DNA from: a virus
Taxonomy: Duplodnaviria; Caudoviricetes
IMG/VR virus record: IMGVR_UViG_3300030372_001880
Span: 1 to 47,965 of that record
DNA length: 47,965 nt
Direction: 5' to 3' (one strand)
Each line of letters begins with the position of its first letter. Position 1 is the stretch's first letter. The translations under genes were made by a program, and so were the position numbers. Positions 35,706 to 45,370 of the stretch are shown here, one piece after another. The notes beneath the pieces are model-generated. The model was given only the letters and a program-made list of their open reading frames with translations, made no database searches and was not told the origin of the DNA.

Positions 35706-36004
35706 TGCCACTATACGAATATGAAAATAAAAAAACAGGAGAAAGATTTACAGAACATCTTCCAATACATAAAAGAAACAATCCGTGTAGGTCTCCTTTT
35801 ATTAGAAGAGTTATTACTGCTCCTAACTTATCTATTATATCAGATGTGGGTGGAAAAGAAGATAAAGCCAGAGAACAAATATTACAAGCGGCAGAAGATG
35901 GGTACAAAGAACGAGAGATAAAAGAAGAATTAGGTATAAAAAAAAATCCAGATTGGGTAAAAGAAAAAAGAATAAAAAAGAAACAAAAGAGGCAATGGCT
36001 GTAA
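35705..36004 (+). CDS. FmdB-like ribbon protein (Cys-degenerate)
   Basis: MPLYEYENKKTGERF...RVITAP pattern without the usual CxxC pairs. Confidence 0.55.
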   Translation: MPLYEYENKKTGERFTEHLPIHKRNNPCRSPFIRRVITAPNLSIISDVGGKEDKAREQILQAAEDGYKEREIKEELGIKKNPDWVKEKRIKKKQKRQWL

Positions 36005-36400
36005 ATGCTACCAAGTAAAAAAGAAAATAAAGAATTAACAGAACAACAACAAAAATTTATTGATGCTTTATTTGGAGAAGCAAATGGAAGTCCAAAGAGA
36101 GCAGGAGAGATAGCAGGTTATTCACCATTTTCATATAGTAAAGTTGTTAAATCTTTAAAAGATGAAATACTAGAAAGAGCAGAATATTCTTTAGCATTTA
36201 ATTCTGCAAAAGCTGTAAAAGGATTGGTAAATGCTTTAGATGATGATGGAACTACTCCAGGAGCTAATATACGCATGGAAGCGGCAAAACAAATTTTAGA
36301 TAGAACTGGTCTTGTTAAAAAAGAAAAAATTGACATTACTGGAAAAATGGCTCACGGAATATTTATATTACCACCTAAAGATGGAACTAATCAAGCGTAA
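36005..36400 (+). CDS. terS: Terminase small subunit (putative)
   Basis: LTEQQQKFIDALF...AGY HTH-like motif, AAKQILDRTG; upstream of TerL. Confidence 0.65.
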   Translation: MLPSKKENKELTEQQQKFIDALFGEANGSPKRAGEIAGYSPFSYSKVVKSLKDEILERAEYSLAFNSAKAVKGLVNALDDDGTTPGANIRMEAAKQILDRTGLVKKEKIDITGKMAHGIFILPPKDGTNQA

Positions 36401-36686
36401 AGCAAGAACAATACCTTTCGGATATAAGTTAGCAGAAGATACAAAGTATTTAGAACCTATACCCGAAGAGTTAGAAGCTCTAGAACAAGCTATGAAATAT
36501 TTAGAAAGCTGTTCATATAGAGAAGTGGCTAATTGGTTAAAAGCAAAAACTAAAAGACCAATCAGTCATGTAGGATTAAAAAAAATATTTGATAAATGGA
36601 AGAACTTAAACCACCAAAGCCAAAAGCAAACCTCGGAAGAAAACGAGGTAAGCCTCAAGGAACAAGAAACTTTAGCAGTGCAGTAA
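36381..36686 (+). CDS. Small HTH protein (recombinase DNA-binding-domain-like)
   Basis: Start ATG 36381; IPFGYK...SYREVANWL...ISHVGL. Confidence 0.6.
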   Translation: MELIKRKARTIPFGYKLAEDTKYLEPIPEELEALEQAMKYLESCSYREVANWLKAKTKRPISHVGLKKIFDKWKNLNHQSQKQTSEENEVSLKEQETLAVQ

Positions 36687-38248
36687 AAGCAAAAATATCT
36701 GCACAAAGAACTTTAAGAGAGCAAAATAAAAAAATAATAAAAGCTCAAACAGAGTTTCATAATGCTAAAAAGAAAAAAGAAAATTTATTAAAAGCAGACG
36801 ATGCATTAAAAGGTAAAGAATCTACAGTATTAACAACAAACGATGTAGAAACTCTTACACCAAAAGTTCAAGAACACATAAATGAAAATGTTGTATTTAA
36901 ACCAAACGATGGCCCACAAACAACATTTTTAGCGGCATCTGAAAGAGAAGTATTTTATGGTGGAGCAAGAGGTGGTGGTAAATCATATGCCATGCTTATT
37001 GACCCACTTCGATATTGTGATAAACAACATCATAGAGCATTATTAATTAGACGTTCTATGCCAGAACTTAGAGATATGATTAATCATTCTCAACGTTTAT
37101 ATTCACAAGCATTTCCAAATGCTAAATGGAGAGAGCAAGAAAAAGAATGGCGATTTCCATCTGGAGCTAGAATTGAATTTGGTTATGCAGAAAATTTAAC
37201 AGACGTTCTTCGTTATCAAGGACAGTCTTATACTTGGATAGGTATAGATGAGTTACCTCAATATCCTACTCCAGAAATATACAACTTTTTACGTTCCTCC
37301 CTAAGAAGTGTAGACCCAGAGATACCTGTGTTTATGAGAGCTACAGGCAATCCAGGTAACGTAGGTTCTGGATGGGTTAAAGAAATGTTTATTGACCCAA
37401 CAAACCCAGGCAAACCCTTTGACGTAGTAGTAGATACTGTAGCAGGACAAAGAAAAATTACAAGAAGATTTATACCTGCTAAGTTACAAGATAATCCTTA
37501 TCTAATGCAAACAGATGATTATCTTATTATGTTGTCATCTTTACCAGAAGTACAACGTAAACAATTTTTAGATGGAGATTGGAGTGCATTTGAAAACTCT
37601 GCTTTTCCAGAGTTTGACCCAATAAAGCATGTTAGTGAACCTTTTGAAATACCTCGTAATTGGCATAGGTTTCGTACTTGTGACTGGGGTTATGCTTCTT
37701 ATGCTTGTTGTTTATGGATTGCTATTGATTTTGATAACAACTTATGGGTATATAGAGAACTATACACACAAAGAGTAACTGCAGATATATTTGCACAAAA
37801 AGTTTTAGAAGCAGAAAGAAATGAGTATGTAAGATATGGAGTTCTTGATTCATCAACTTGGGCAAGACGAGGAGACGTAGGGCCTAGTATAGCTGAAACA
37901 ATGATACAGCAAGGATGTAAATGGAGACCATCAGATAGGTCACCAAGAAGTCGAGTAAATGGTAAATTAGAATTACATAAACGTTTTTCCGTAAGTGAAA
38001 AAACTGGTGAGCCTGCTTTAAAAATTTTTAGTAATTGTAAAAATTTATTAAGAACTTTACCTTTACTTCCTGTAGATAGAAATAATCCAGAGGATGTAGA
38101 TACAGATGTAGAAGACCATGCATATGATGCATTACGTTATGGTGCAATGTCAAGACCATTACATCCAAATGCATATAACAATGATACATATCTGCAAACA
38201 CAAAAAGAAAAAATATTTAAACCTGCTGACCGAATATTTGGATACTAA
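36596..38248 (+). CDS. terL: Terminase large subunit
   Basis: Q-motif GPQTTFL, Walker A YGGARGGGKS, Walker B IGIDE, ATGNPG, nuclease motifs CDWG and DHAYDALRY. Confidence 0.95.
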   Translation: MEELKPPKPKANLGRKRGKPQGTRNFSSAVKAKISAQRTLREQNKKIIKAQTEFHNAKKKKENLLKADDALKGKESTVLTTNDVETLTPKVQEHINENVVFKPNDGPQTTFLAASEREVFYGGARGGGKSYAMLIDPLRYCDKQHHRALLIRRSMPELRDMINHSQRLYSQAFPNAKWREQEKEWRFPSGARIEFGYAENLTDVLRYQGQSYTWIGIDELPQYPTPEIYNFLRSSLRSVDPEIPVFMRATGNPGNVGSGWVKEMFIDPTNPGKPFDVVVDTVAGQRKITRRFIPAKLQDNPYLMQTDDYLIMLSSLPEVQRKQFLDGDWSAFENSAFPEFDPIKHVSEPFEIPRNWHRFRTCDWGYASYACCLWIAIDFDNNLWVYRELYTQRVTADIFAQKVLEAERNEYVRYGVLDSSTWARRGDVGPSIAETMIQQGCKWRPSDRSPRSRVNGKLELHKRFSVSEKTGEPALKIFSNCKNLLRTLPLLPVDRNNPEDVDTDVEDHAYDALRYGAMSRPLHPNAYNNDTYLQTQKEKIFKPADRIFGY

Positions 38249-38568
38249 TGATACCAGAAAAAATTAAGATAGGTTATAAAGAATATAGGTTAGAAAAATG
38301 GAAACAAACTGTTGCTAGTGCAAATGAAGCACAAGGACAGTTTTTTGCAAAAGAAGGTATCATCGGATATACAGATGATGAAAAAGGAGTTTCTCATGCT
38401 AACACATTGTTACATGAAATAATACACGCAATAGTGTATCAATGGAATATAGATGTTGGAGAGAAAGAAGAAACTATAGTTAATGGTTTAACGAATGGTT
38501 TAACAACAGTCTTAGTAGATAATCCTAAATTAATAGATTATTTAAAAAAGAATATAAAGGAGGGCTAG
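38248..38568 (+). CDS. HExxH metallopeptidase-like protein
   Basis: TLLHEIIHAI...EETIV. Confidence 0.7.
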   Translation: MIPEKIKIGYKEYRLEKWKQTVASANEAQGQFFAKEGIIGYTDDEKGVSHANTLLHEIIHAIVYQWNIDVGEKEETIVNGLTNGLTTVLVDNPKLIDYLKKNIKEG

Positions 38569-38766
38569 ATGCCACAACCAGTATTGACAAAATATAAACA
38601 AGGAGACCTTGGTGCGGATTATTCAAAAGATACTCCAGTTGGTGAAAAAATTGATATGTCCATACATGCTAATGATGAAACCAGACCAGATTCGTTTCCT
38701 AAACAACAAAAGAAAACAAACGTAGACCCATCTTTTAATAGAATGGCTGATGAAAAAGATTACTAG
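38569..38766 (+). CDS. Hypothetical protein
   Basis: RBS AAGGAGG; 65 aa. Confidence 0.65.
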   Translation: MPQPVLTKYKQGDLGADYSKDTPVGEKIDMSIHANDETRPDSFPKQQKKTNVDPSFNRMADEKDY

Positions 38767-38772
38767 GAGGTA

Positions 38773-38991
38773 ATGATGAACATACTAAAAAAATATACTC
38801 AAGGTGAAGTTTCAGAAGTAGCTGATGGTGCACCTGCAAAAGAAAAACCAGATGCAAGTATTTTAAAACAATACACGCAAGCTGAAGTTTCTGCTGTGCC
38901 AGATACACCACCTGCAAAAGAAAAGCCAGATGGAAGTATCCTAAAGAAGTATACTCAAGGTGAATTATCAGACGCACAAGAAGCAAAGTAA
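38773..38991 (+). CDS. Internally repeated small protein (26-aa unit, about 2.5 copies)
   Basis: ILK(K/Q)YTQ(G/A)E(V/L)S occurs three times; RBS AGGAGG. Confidence 0.7.
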   Translation: MMNILKKYTQGEVSEVADGAPAKEKPDASILKQYTQAEVSAVPDTPPAKEKPDGSILKKYTQGELSDAQEAK

Positions 38992-38994
38992 AAA

Positions 38995-41094
38995 ATGGCT
39001 GATGACCAAATTATTGTTTTGGGTGATACCGAACAAGAAGATGCATATAATAGTTTAGCAAGTGTTATAAAAGCTAAATTTCAAGCATCTGAAAATGCTA
39101 GACAATTTGATGAAAAAAGATGGCTAAGAGCTTATCGTAACTATAGAGGTATCTATGGTAATGACATGGCATTTACAGAAAGTGAAAAGTCAAAAGTATT
39201 TGTTAAAATAACAAAAACAAAAGTCATGGCCGCTTATGGTCAAATTATCGAAGTATTATTTTCTAGTGGTAAATTTCCATTAGGTATCGACCCTACAGTT
39301 ATGCCAGAGGATATTGCAGAATATGCTCATGTAGCTAAAGAATCACAACCTGCTGAAGAGCAAGAAGTGAGAAGTCCATATGGATTTCCTGGTGATGGTA
39401 ATGATTTAGAACCAGGTGCTACATTTGATTCTATATTAGGCGGATTAAGAGAGGAGTATGGAAAAGCTAATTTTTCAGAAGGGCCTTCAAAAGATGGTAG
39501 GTCAGAACCTCAAATTAGTCCTGCAGAAATATCTGCAAAAAATATGGAAAGACTTATTCATGACCAATTAGGTGAATCAAGTGCTACATCTGTATTTAGA
39601 CATTCATTATTTGAAATGGCTTTATTAGGTACAGGTATTGTTAAAGGGCCTTTTAGTTATGATAAACTTTCTCATAAATGGGAAAAAGATAGAGAGACAG
39701 GTACAAATGTTTACAATCCAAAAAGTAAATTAGTACCAAGAATAGAAGCAGTATCTTGTTGGGATTTTTATCCAGACCCAGATGCTGTTACAGTTGATGA
39801 TGCAGATTATATAATAGAAAGACATAACTATACAAAAACTCAACTTAGAGATTTAATGAATAGGCCTTTCTTTAGAGCAGATGCTGTAAGAGAATGTTTA
39901 GCCATGGGGCCTAACTATGAAGCTCGTGGATATGAAAGTTCTTTATTAGATAGAGAAACAACTGATGAGTTTGATAAAAACAGATATGAAATTTTAGAGT
40001 TTTGGGGATACCTAGATAAAGAGTTAGCAGAACAAGCAGGTCTAGAGATAGACGATGATATGGATGAATTAGATGAACTATCTGTAAACTGTTGGGTATG
40101 TAATGGAAAAATACTAAGATTAGTTATAAATCCATTTACTCCTGCAAGACTGCCTTACATGGTATGTCCATATGAAATAAATCCATATCAATTTTTTGGT
40201 GTAGGTATTCCAGAAAATATGGATGATGCACAAACAATTATGAATGGTCATGCAAGAATGGCTATTGATAATCTTGCCCTTGCAGGTAATCTAGTATTTG
40301 ATGTCGATGAGACAATGCTAGTACCTGGGCAAGATATGAAAGTATTTCCAGGTAAAATATTTAGAAGACAAAGTGGTCAACCAGGACAATCAATACATGG
40401 TGTTAAGTTTCCAAATACAGCAAATGAAAACTTAATGATGTTTGATAGATTTAGACAGTTAGCTGATGAATCTACAGGTATACCATCTTATTCACATGGA
40501 ACAACAGGCGTTCAATCTACAACTAGAACTGCCGCAGGTATGTCTATGCTAATGGGAGCGGCGGCTTTAAATATAAAAACAGTAGTAAAAAATATTGATG
40601 ATTATTTATTACGACCACTAGGCGAATCTATGTTTGCTTGGAACATGCAGTTTAATGAAGATACCCCAGAGATAAGAGGAGACCTGGATGTGAAAGCACG
40701 AGGTACTTCATCATTAATGCAAAAAGAAGTAAGGTCTCAAAGATTGATGACTTTCTTACAAACTGCTTCTAATCAAAACCTTGCACCATTTGTAAAATGG
40801 CATTCTGTATTATCAGAGATTGCAAAGTCACTTGATATAGAACCAGAAAAATTAATTAACGACCCAGAACGGGCGGCAATATTTGCAAAAATAATGGGGA
40901 TGGCAAATGGAAATCAACAAAATGAAGGCGATGGTCAACAGCCCAATGTGGCCCAATCTGGAGACGTACCTCCAGGAGCAAATCCAAATGACCCAACTGG
41001 CGTTGGAGGTGGCAACATCGGAGTTGGAGGTGTACCGCAAGCAGGGGAGACTGGCTTCACTCAGAGAGCTACTGGCACTCAAGGAACAACTTAA
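38995..41094 (+). CDS. Portal protein
   Basis: 699 aa after TerL; GTGIVKGP, WDFYPDP, PYQFFGVG, TAAGMSML motifs. Confidence 0.88.
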   Translation: MADDQIIVLGDTEQEDAYNSLASVIKAKFQASENARQFDEKRWLRAYRNYRGIYGNDMAFTESEKSKVFVKITKTKVMAAYGQIIEVLFSSGKFPLGIDPTVMPEDIAEYAHVAKESQPAEEQEVRSPYGFPGDGNDLEPGATFDSILGGLREEYGKANFSEGPSKDGRSEPQISPAEISAKNMERLIHDQLGESSATSVFRHSLFEMALLGTGIVKGPFSYDKLSHKWEKDRETGTNVYNPKSKLVPRIEAVSCWDFYPDPDAVTVDDADYIIERHNYTKTQLRDLMNRPFFRADAVRECLAMGPNYEARGYESSLLDRETTDEFDKNRYEILEFWGYLDKELAEQAGLEIDDDMDELDELSVNCWVCNGKILRLVINPFTPARLPYMVCPYEINPYQFFGVGIPENMDDAQTIMNGHARMAIDNLALAGNLVFDVDETMLVPGQDMKVFPGKIFRRQSGQPGQSIHGVKFPNTANENLMMFDRFRQLADESTGIPSYSHGTTGVQSTTRTAAGMSMLMGAAALNIKTVVKNIDDYLLRPLGESMFAWNMQFNEDTPEIRGDLDVKARGTSSLMQKEVRSQRLMTFLQTASNQNLAPFVKWHSVLSEIAKSLDIEPEKLINDPERAAIFAKIMGMANGNQQNEGDGQQPNVAQSGDVPPGANPNDPTGVGGGNIGVGGVPQAGETGFTQRATGTQGTT

Positions 41095-41113
41095 TAAGAA
41101 AAAACAATGGTAA
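40907..41113 (+). CDS. Conserved small protein overlapping the portal 3' end
   Basis: EVYRKQGRLASLRELLALKE pattern typical of the post-portal gene in podoviruses. Confidence 0.6.
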   Translation: MEINKMKAMVNSPMWPNLETYLQEQIQMTQLALEVATSELEVYRKQGRLASLRELLALKEQLNKKKQW

Positions 41114-42357
41114 CAGGAACAAACTTACAATTAACATACGATGAAAATACAGACTCTTGGAGTTATCAAAATGTAGATTATGAATATCCTGGAACTCCAG
41201 GAAATAGTTGGTCTGGATTTACATCACCAGACCCAGATTTTGAATATGTACCAGAGACACCAGATGCATCACAACCAGATACAGACCCATGTCCTGCAGG
41301 TTACATGTATGATGAAACATTAAAACAATGTGTTCCAGACCCAGATTATAGAGCACCTTCATATTATGGTGAACCAGAAACTACTGGAGGCGGTAGTGAT
41401 AATTTTGAAGATACAAATAAAATACCATCAAATCAAGTAAAAGATTTTTGGATATCAATGAAAGATAAAGTAATACCTGCAGGTCAACCAGGTGCAGGTA
41501 TGACAGGATTACAAGCTTATATTCAAAATTTAGATGACAGAGGTTTTACAAAAGTTGGTGATGATGGAAAATTATACTTTAAAAAAGATAATTTAGGTTC
41601 TTCTCTTGCAGGAGCGGCATTATCAAGAATTGGTTTAGGTGGTGAGCCAGATGCAAAAACAAATCAAATTATAAAAGATTTATCACTGATGGGTGCAATA
41701 AATCAAGCAAACATTGTTTCAACAGGGGTTGATGCAGAAGGTAATTTAAATTTAGATTTAGCAGGTAATTTAGAAATTAGTAATCAAGCAAATATGTTTC
41801 CAACATATAATTATGATGGCAGACAAGGTGATTTTCTTGGTGTTACTGATACATCGGGTGTAACAGCTATGCCAGATTATGATATAGGCGGAAATATAGT
41901 ATTAGGTTCTACTTGGACAAATTATATAAATAAACTATTTTCACCAACAAGTACAGATTCAACAACAGGATTTCAAAGTTCTACAGACACTTCTAATTTA
42001 GAAGATAGTACGTCTGATTTACTTGTTGAAGAAAAAATAAAAGAAGAAAAATTAAAACAAGAAGAAATAAAAACAGAAAAAGCAAGAAAAGAATTTGCAG
42101 AAATGCAAGAAACTGAAAAAGGTAACACTATTGTAGATAAAGATACAGGCGACACTTATACAAAAGTTACAAATAATCAAACTGGCGGTGGAGGTTCTCA
42201 AGGATTTACATTTACAAGTCCAGACCCTAAACCAGTAACACCTAAAGATTATAAAATCCCAGGTGGGAGAACAGTTCAAGTAGGCCCAAGAGCAGGAGTT
42301 ATGGCTCCTCAACCACCACAAGGGCCTGCAGGTGGGCCAAATTTAACAAATAGGTAA
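41107..42357 (+). CDS. Hypothetical virion protein with CPxGYxYD...C mini-domain
   Basis: 416 aa; CPAGYMYDETLKQCVP; Pro-rich tail. Confidence 0.6.
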   Translation: MVTGTNLQLTYDENTDSWSYQNVDYEYPGTPGNSWSGFTSPDPDFEYVPETPDASQPDTDPCPAGYMYDETLKQCVPDPDYRAPSYYGEPETTGGGSDNFEDTNKIPSNQVKDFWISMKDKVIPAGQPGAGMTGLQAYIQNLDDRGFTKVGDDGKLYFKKDNLGSSLAGAALSRIGLGGEPDAKTNQIIKDLSLMGAINQANIVSTGVDAEGNLNLDLAGNLEISNQANMFPTYNYDGRQGDFLGVTDTSGVTAMPDYDIGGNIVLGSTWTNYINKLFSPTSTDSTTGFQSSTDTSNLEDSTSDLLVEEKIKEEKLKQEEIKTEKARKEFAEMQETEKGNTIVDKDTGDTYTKVTNNQTGGGGSQGFTFTSPDPKPVTPKDYKIPGGRTVQVGPRAGVMAPQPPQGPAGGPNLTNR

Positions 42358-42369
42358 TAGGAGAAAAAT

Positions 42370-42813
42370 ATGCCACATGTACCAGGACACGGAGGAATGA
42401 TGAGTAACCCTATGGGGCAAGAAGCTCCTATGGGTCAACCAATGCAACAACCAAACACTATGGGTAATAGAGAAGATGCAGTATTAGATATGCATTTAAC
42501 CCCAGACGTAAAACAGGCTTTACAATCAAAAGGTATTGATATTGGGCCTGTAGCTGATAGAGGGCCAACAGAACCTGTAGTAGTAATACCAGTTTCAATA
42601 GTAATGCAAAGATATCCTGGAAGTAGTCCAGAAGAGTCTATGCAACAATTTGTACAGGACATGACTGCAAATGCACAACCTCCTGCTACACCACAACCAG
42701 TTTCTGCTCCATCACCGATGGCAGGTCAGCCACCGATGGCGGCAGAAGCTCCAATGCCTTCACCAGAAGGTTTAGGAGCACCTAAAATGGATAGGCCACC
42801 TATGACACCTTAG
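42370..42813 (+). CDS. P/M/Q-rich hypothetical protein
   Basis: RBS AGGAG; 147 aa. Confidence 0.65.
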   Translation: MPHVPGHGGMMSNPMGQEAPMGQPMQQPNTMGNREDAVLDMHLTPDVKQALQSKGIDIGPVADRGPTEPVVVIPVSIVMQRYPGSSPEESMQQFVQDMTANAQPPATPQPVSAPSPMAGQPPMAAEAPMPSPEGLGAPKMDRPPMTP

Positions 42814-42875
42814 TCATAGCCCCAATGCGACTCTAGGCCACCTGTTTTCCAACAGCACCAACAAAGGAGGATAAA

Positions 42876-43712
42876 ATGGAAGAAGAAAATAAAGTTACTG
42901 AACAGGAAACTGAACAGGAACAAAAAACAGAGGCTCTTCTCGAGCCTAGACCTTACAAACGTAAGTCTGAACCAGAGGATACAGCTACCGACTCCAAAGA
43001 CACTTCTTCAGAAGAAGAAGCCACTCAAGTAGAGGAACGCCCTGTAAACGCTGAAGAGAAAGTGTTTAAGAAAAGATATGACGACCTTAAACGCCACTAC
43101 GATTCTACTGTAAACAAACACAAAGAAGAGACATCAAATCTTAAACGTCAGTTAGAAGAAAGTACACAACAGGCACTACCTAAGACTAAAGAAGAGATAG
43201 AAGCTTGGCGAAATAAATATCCAGATGTGTATGATGTTATACAAACTATAGCACAAACAAAAGCGGATGAAAAAGCCAAAAATGTAGAAACTAAATTAAA
43301 AGATTTAGAAGTTGCTCAAGCAAATGTCGCTAAAGATAAAGCTGAAGTTGAATTATCAAAACTTCATCCAGACTTTAACGAAATAAGAGCAGATGAAAAA
43401 TTTCATGATTGGGTTTCAAAACAAGACTCTACTATTCAAGGGTGGTTATATGATAATACCTCTAATGCTACATTAGCAGGCCGTGCAATTGATTTATATA
43501 AAATGGATGCAGGGATTACTAAGTCTAAGAAAAATAGCATTAATAAAAAAGAGGCATCTAAGTCTGTTACTTCTACTTCTAAAAAAGACATTGAAGCAGG
43601 AGATAAAAAAGTTTGGAGTGTTCGTGAAATTGCAAAGTTAAAACCTCAAGAGTATATAAAATACGAAAAGGATATTGACCAAGCAAGATTAGAAGGTAGG
43701 ATTCGTAATTAA
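42876..43712 (+). CDS. Capsid scaffolding protein
   Basis: Acidic N-terminus, FKKRYDDLKRH coiled coil, HPDF, ends ARLEGRI; directly before the capsid gene. Confidence 0.75.
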   Translation: MEEENKVTEQETEQEQKTEALLEPRPYKRKSEPEDTATDSKDTSSEEEATQVEERPVNAEEKVFKKRYDDLKRHYDSTVNKHKEETSNLKRQLEESTQQALPKTKEEIEAWRNKYPDVYDVIQTIAQTKADEKAKNVETKLKDLEVAQANVAKDKAEVELSKLHPDFNEIRADEKFHDWVSKQDSTIQGWLYDNTSNATLAGRAIDLYKMDAGITKSKKNSINKKEASKSVTSTSKKDIEAGDKKVWSVREIAKLKPQEYIKYEKDIDQARLEGRIRN

Positions 43713-43738
43713 TCTTAACAGTCTATAGGAGGACTATT

Positions 43739-44638
43739 ATGGCAATCTCAAAATCGGCGGGTTATGATAACCTACCATCGGGTAATTTTTTACCTATTAT
43801 TTATAGCCAGAAAGTTCAAAAGTTCTTTAGAACTGCATCAGTAGTAGAAGATATTACTAACACTGATTATGCAGGGGAGATTGAAGCTTTCGGAGACACT
43901 GTTAACATAATTAAAGAGCCAACAATTAGCGTGGCATCTTACACTAGAGGTGGACAAATCAACATCCAAAATTTGGCTGATGACCAACTCCAACTCACTG
44001 TAGACCAAGCTAATGCGTTTGCTTTTAAAGTTGACGACATCGAAGAAAGACAATCTCATGTGAACTTTGAGGCTTTGGCTACTTCTTCTGGAGCATATGC
44101 TCTAAAAGATGCTTATGACGAAAACGTCATTGCGGCAATGTTTTCTGGTGCAGGAACAACTGTAGGTTCAGATGGTTCTGGAACTGACACAGGTTTCGGT
44201 ACTTCAGAAACTGACCCAACAGATATTTTAGCAAACTCTGCTAAAAGATTACATGCGGCAGACGTACCAACAGACAACAGATGGTTCTTAGGAACTCCAG
44301 AGTTTTATGAACAGCTTGGACAAGCTAGTGCAAAACTAATGGATGCATCTGTTACTGGTGACGGAACATCACCATTAAGAAATGGTAGTGTTCTAGATGG
44401 TCAAGTTAATGGTTTTAGATTATATATGACCAATAACTTTGCGGCATCATCAACTTCTAACTATTTTAAAGTAATGTTTGGACACATGTCTTCAACTGCT
44501 ACTGCTAATGCTATTGCAAAAACAGAAGTAGTAAGAGACCCAGACTCATTTGCTGATATAGTAAGAGGTTTACATGTGTTTGGTAGAAAAGTGCTTCGTA
44601 CGGAAGCTCTTATCGCAAGACATTTACTAATAGATTAA
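43739..44638 (+). CDS. Major capsid protein
   Basis: FLPIIYSQKV, TNTDYAGEI...GDTVNI, FADIVRGLHVFG; RBS AGGAGG. Confidence 0.88.
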   Translation: MAISKSAGYDNLPSGNFLPIIYSQKVQKFFRTASVVEDITNTDYAGEIEAFGDTVNIIKEPTISVASYTRGGQINIQNLADDQLQLTVDQANAFAFKVDDIEERQSHVNFEALATSSGAYALKDAYDENVIAAMFSGAGTTVGSDGSGTDTGFGTSETDPTDILANSAKRLHAADVPTDNRWFLGTPEFYEQLGQASAKLMDASVTGDGTSPLRNGSVLDGQVNGFRLYMTNNFAASSTSNYFKVMFGHMSSTATANAIAKTEVVRDPDSFADIVRGLHVFGRKVLRTEALIARHLLID

Positions 44639-44653
44639 TAGGAGGATACACGA

Positions 44654-45091
44654 ATGGCAACAGTAAGTAAAGTAACTGGTGGTACTGCAGGACATCCTTC
44701 TACTAGAAGGAAGCCTTATTGGGTTGAAAATACAGTTGATTTTTCACTGTTTGACCCTGCGGCTAACGATGTAGTACAAATGTTAAACATACCTGCTGAA
44801 ACATTAATTATTAATGCAGGTATAGAAGTACTAACAGCTTCTGCGTCTGGTGTTACACTAGATTTAGGAGATGGTGGCGATGTAGATAGATATATTGATG
44901 GATTAGATTCCACATCTACTGGTCATGGTGCTCAAGTAGCTAACGCATCTAACGTAGGACATGTATATGGTTCTGCTGATACTTTAGATGTAAAAGTTCT
45001 TGGTGCACAAGATACTTCTGGTAAAATCAGAGTATGGGCATTAATGTGTGATATTAGCGGTTCAGATGAAACTGCATCAAACAGCTCATAA
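44654..45091 (+). CDS. Capsid decoration / minor capsid protein (putative)
   Basis: Beta-rich 145 aa directly after the capsid gene, before a terminator; RBS AGGAGG. Confidence 0.55.
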   Translation: MATVSKVTGGTAGHPSTRRKPYWVENTVDFSLFDPAANDVVQMLNIPAETLIINAGIEVLTASASGVTLDLGDGGDVDRYIDGLDSTSTGHGAQVANASNVGHVYGSADTLDVKVLGAQDTSGKIRVWALMCDISGSDETASNSS

Positions 45092-45098
45092 TTATAAC

Positions 45099-45121
45099 GG
45101 GGGCTTTAGTGCCCCCTTTTT
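45099..45121 (+). terminator. Intrinsic terminator
   Basis: GGGGGC-TTTAGT-GCCCCC-TTTTT. Confidence 0.8.
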
Positions 45122-45130
45122 AAAAATAAT

Positions 45131-45370
45131 ATGATAAAAATAGTAATGGCAATAATAATAACCTCAATGCCAAACTGGCCATCAGTGAGGTATCAAGGGT
45201 ATATATACCCAGATATGGATACATGTTTAACATCTACTGAATTATATGTAGAACAATTTAGAGCATATGCCGATAGTCAAGGAGATTATGATGCTCATTT
45301 TGATTCTATATGTTTTGAAGTTGATGCATATTCAATAGAGGGATTTAACAATTTAGAATTAGGAATATAA
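45131..45370 (+). CDS. Small protein with hydrophobic N-terminus and two Cys
   Basis: 79 aa, TAATG-coupled to the next gene. Confidence 0.6.
   Translation: MIKIVMAIIITSMPNWPSVRYQGYIYPDMDTCLTSTELYVEQFRAYADSQGDYDAHFDSICFEVDAYSIEGFNNLELGI

Noticed and set aside
36381-36686. Integrase or recombinase call for the PFGY-motif protein
   Set aside because: Only a ~100-aa DNA-binding-like fragment without a catalytic domain, located in the packaging module.
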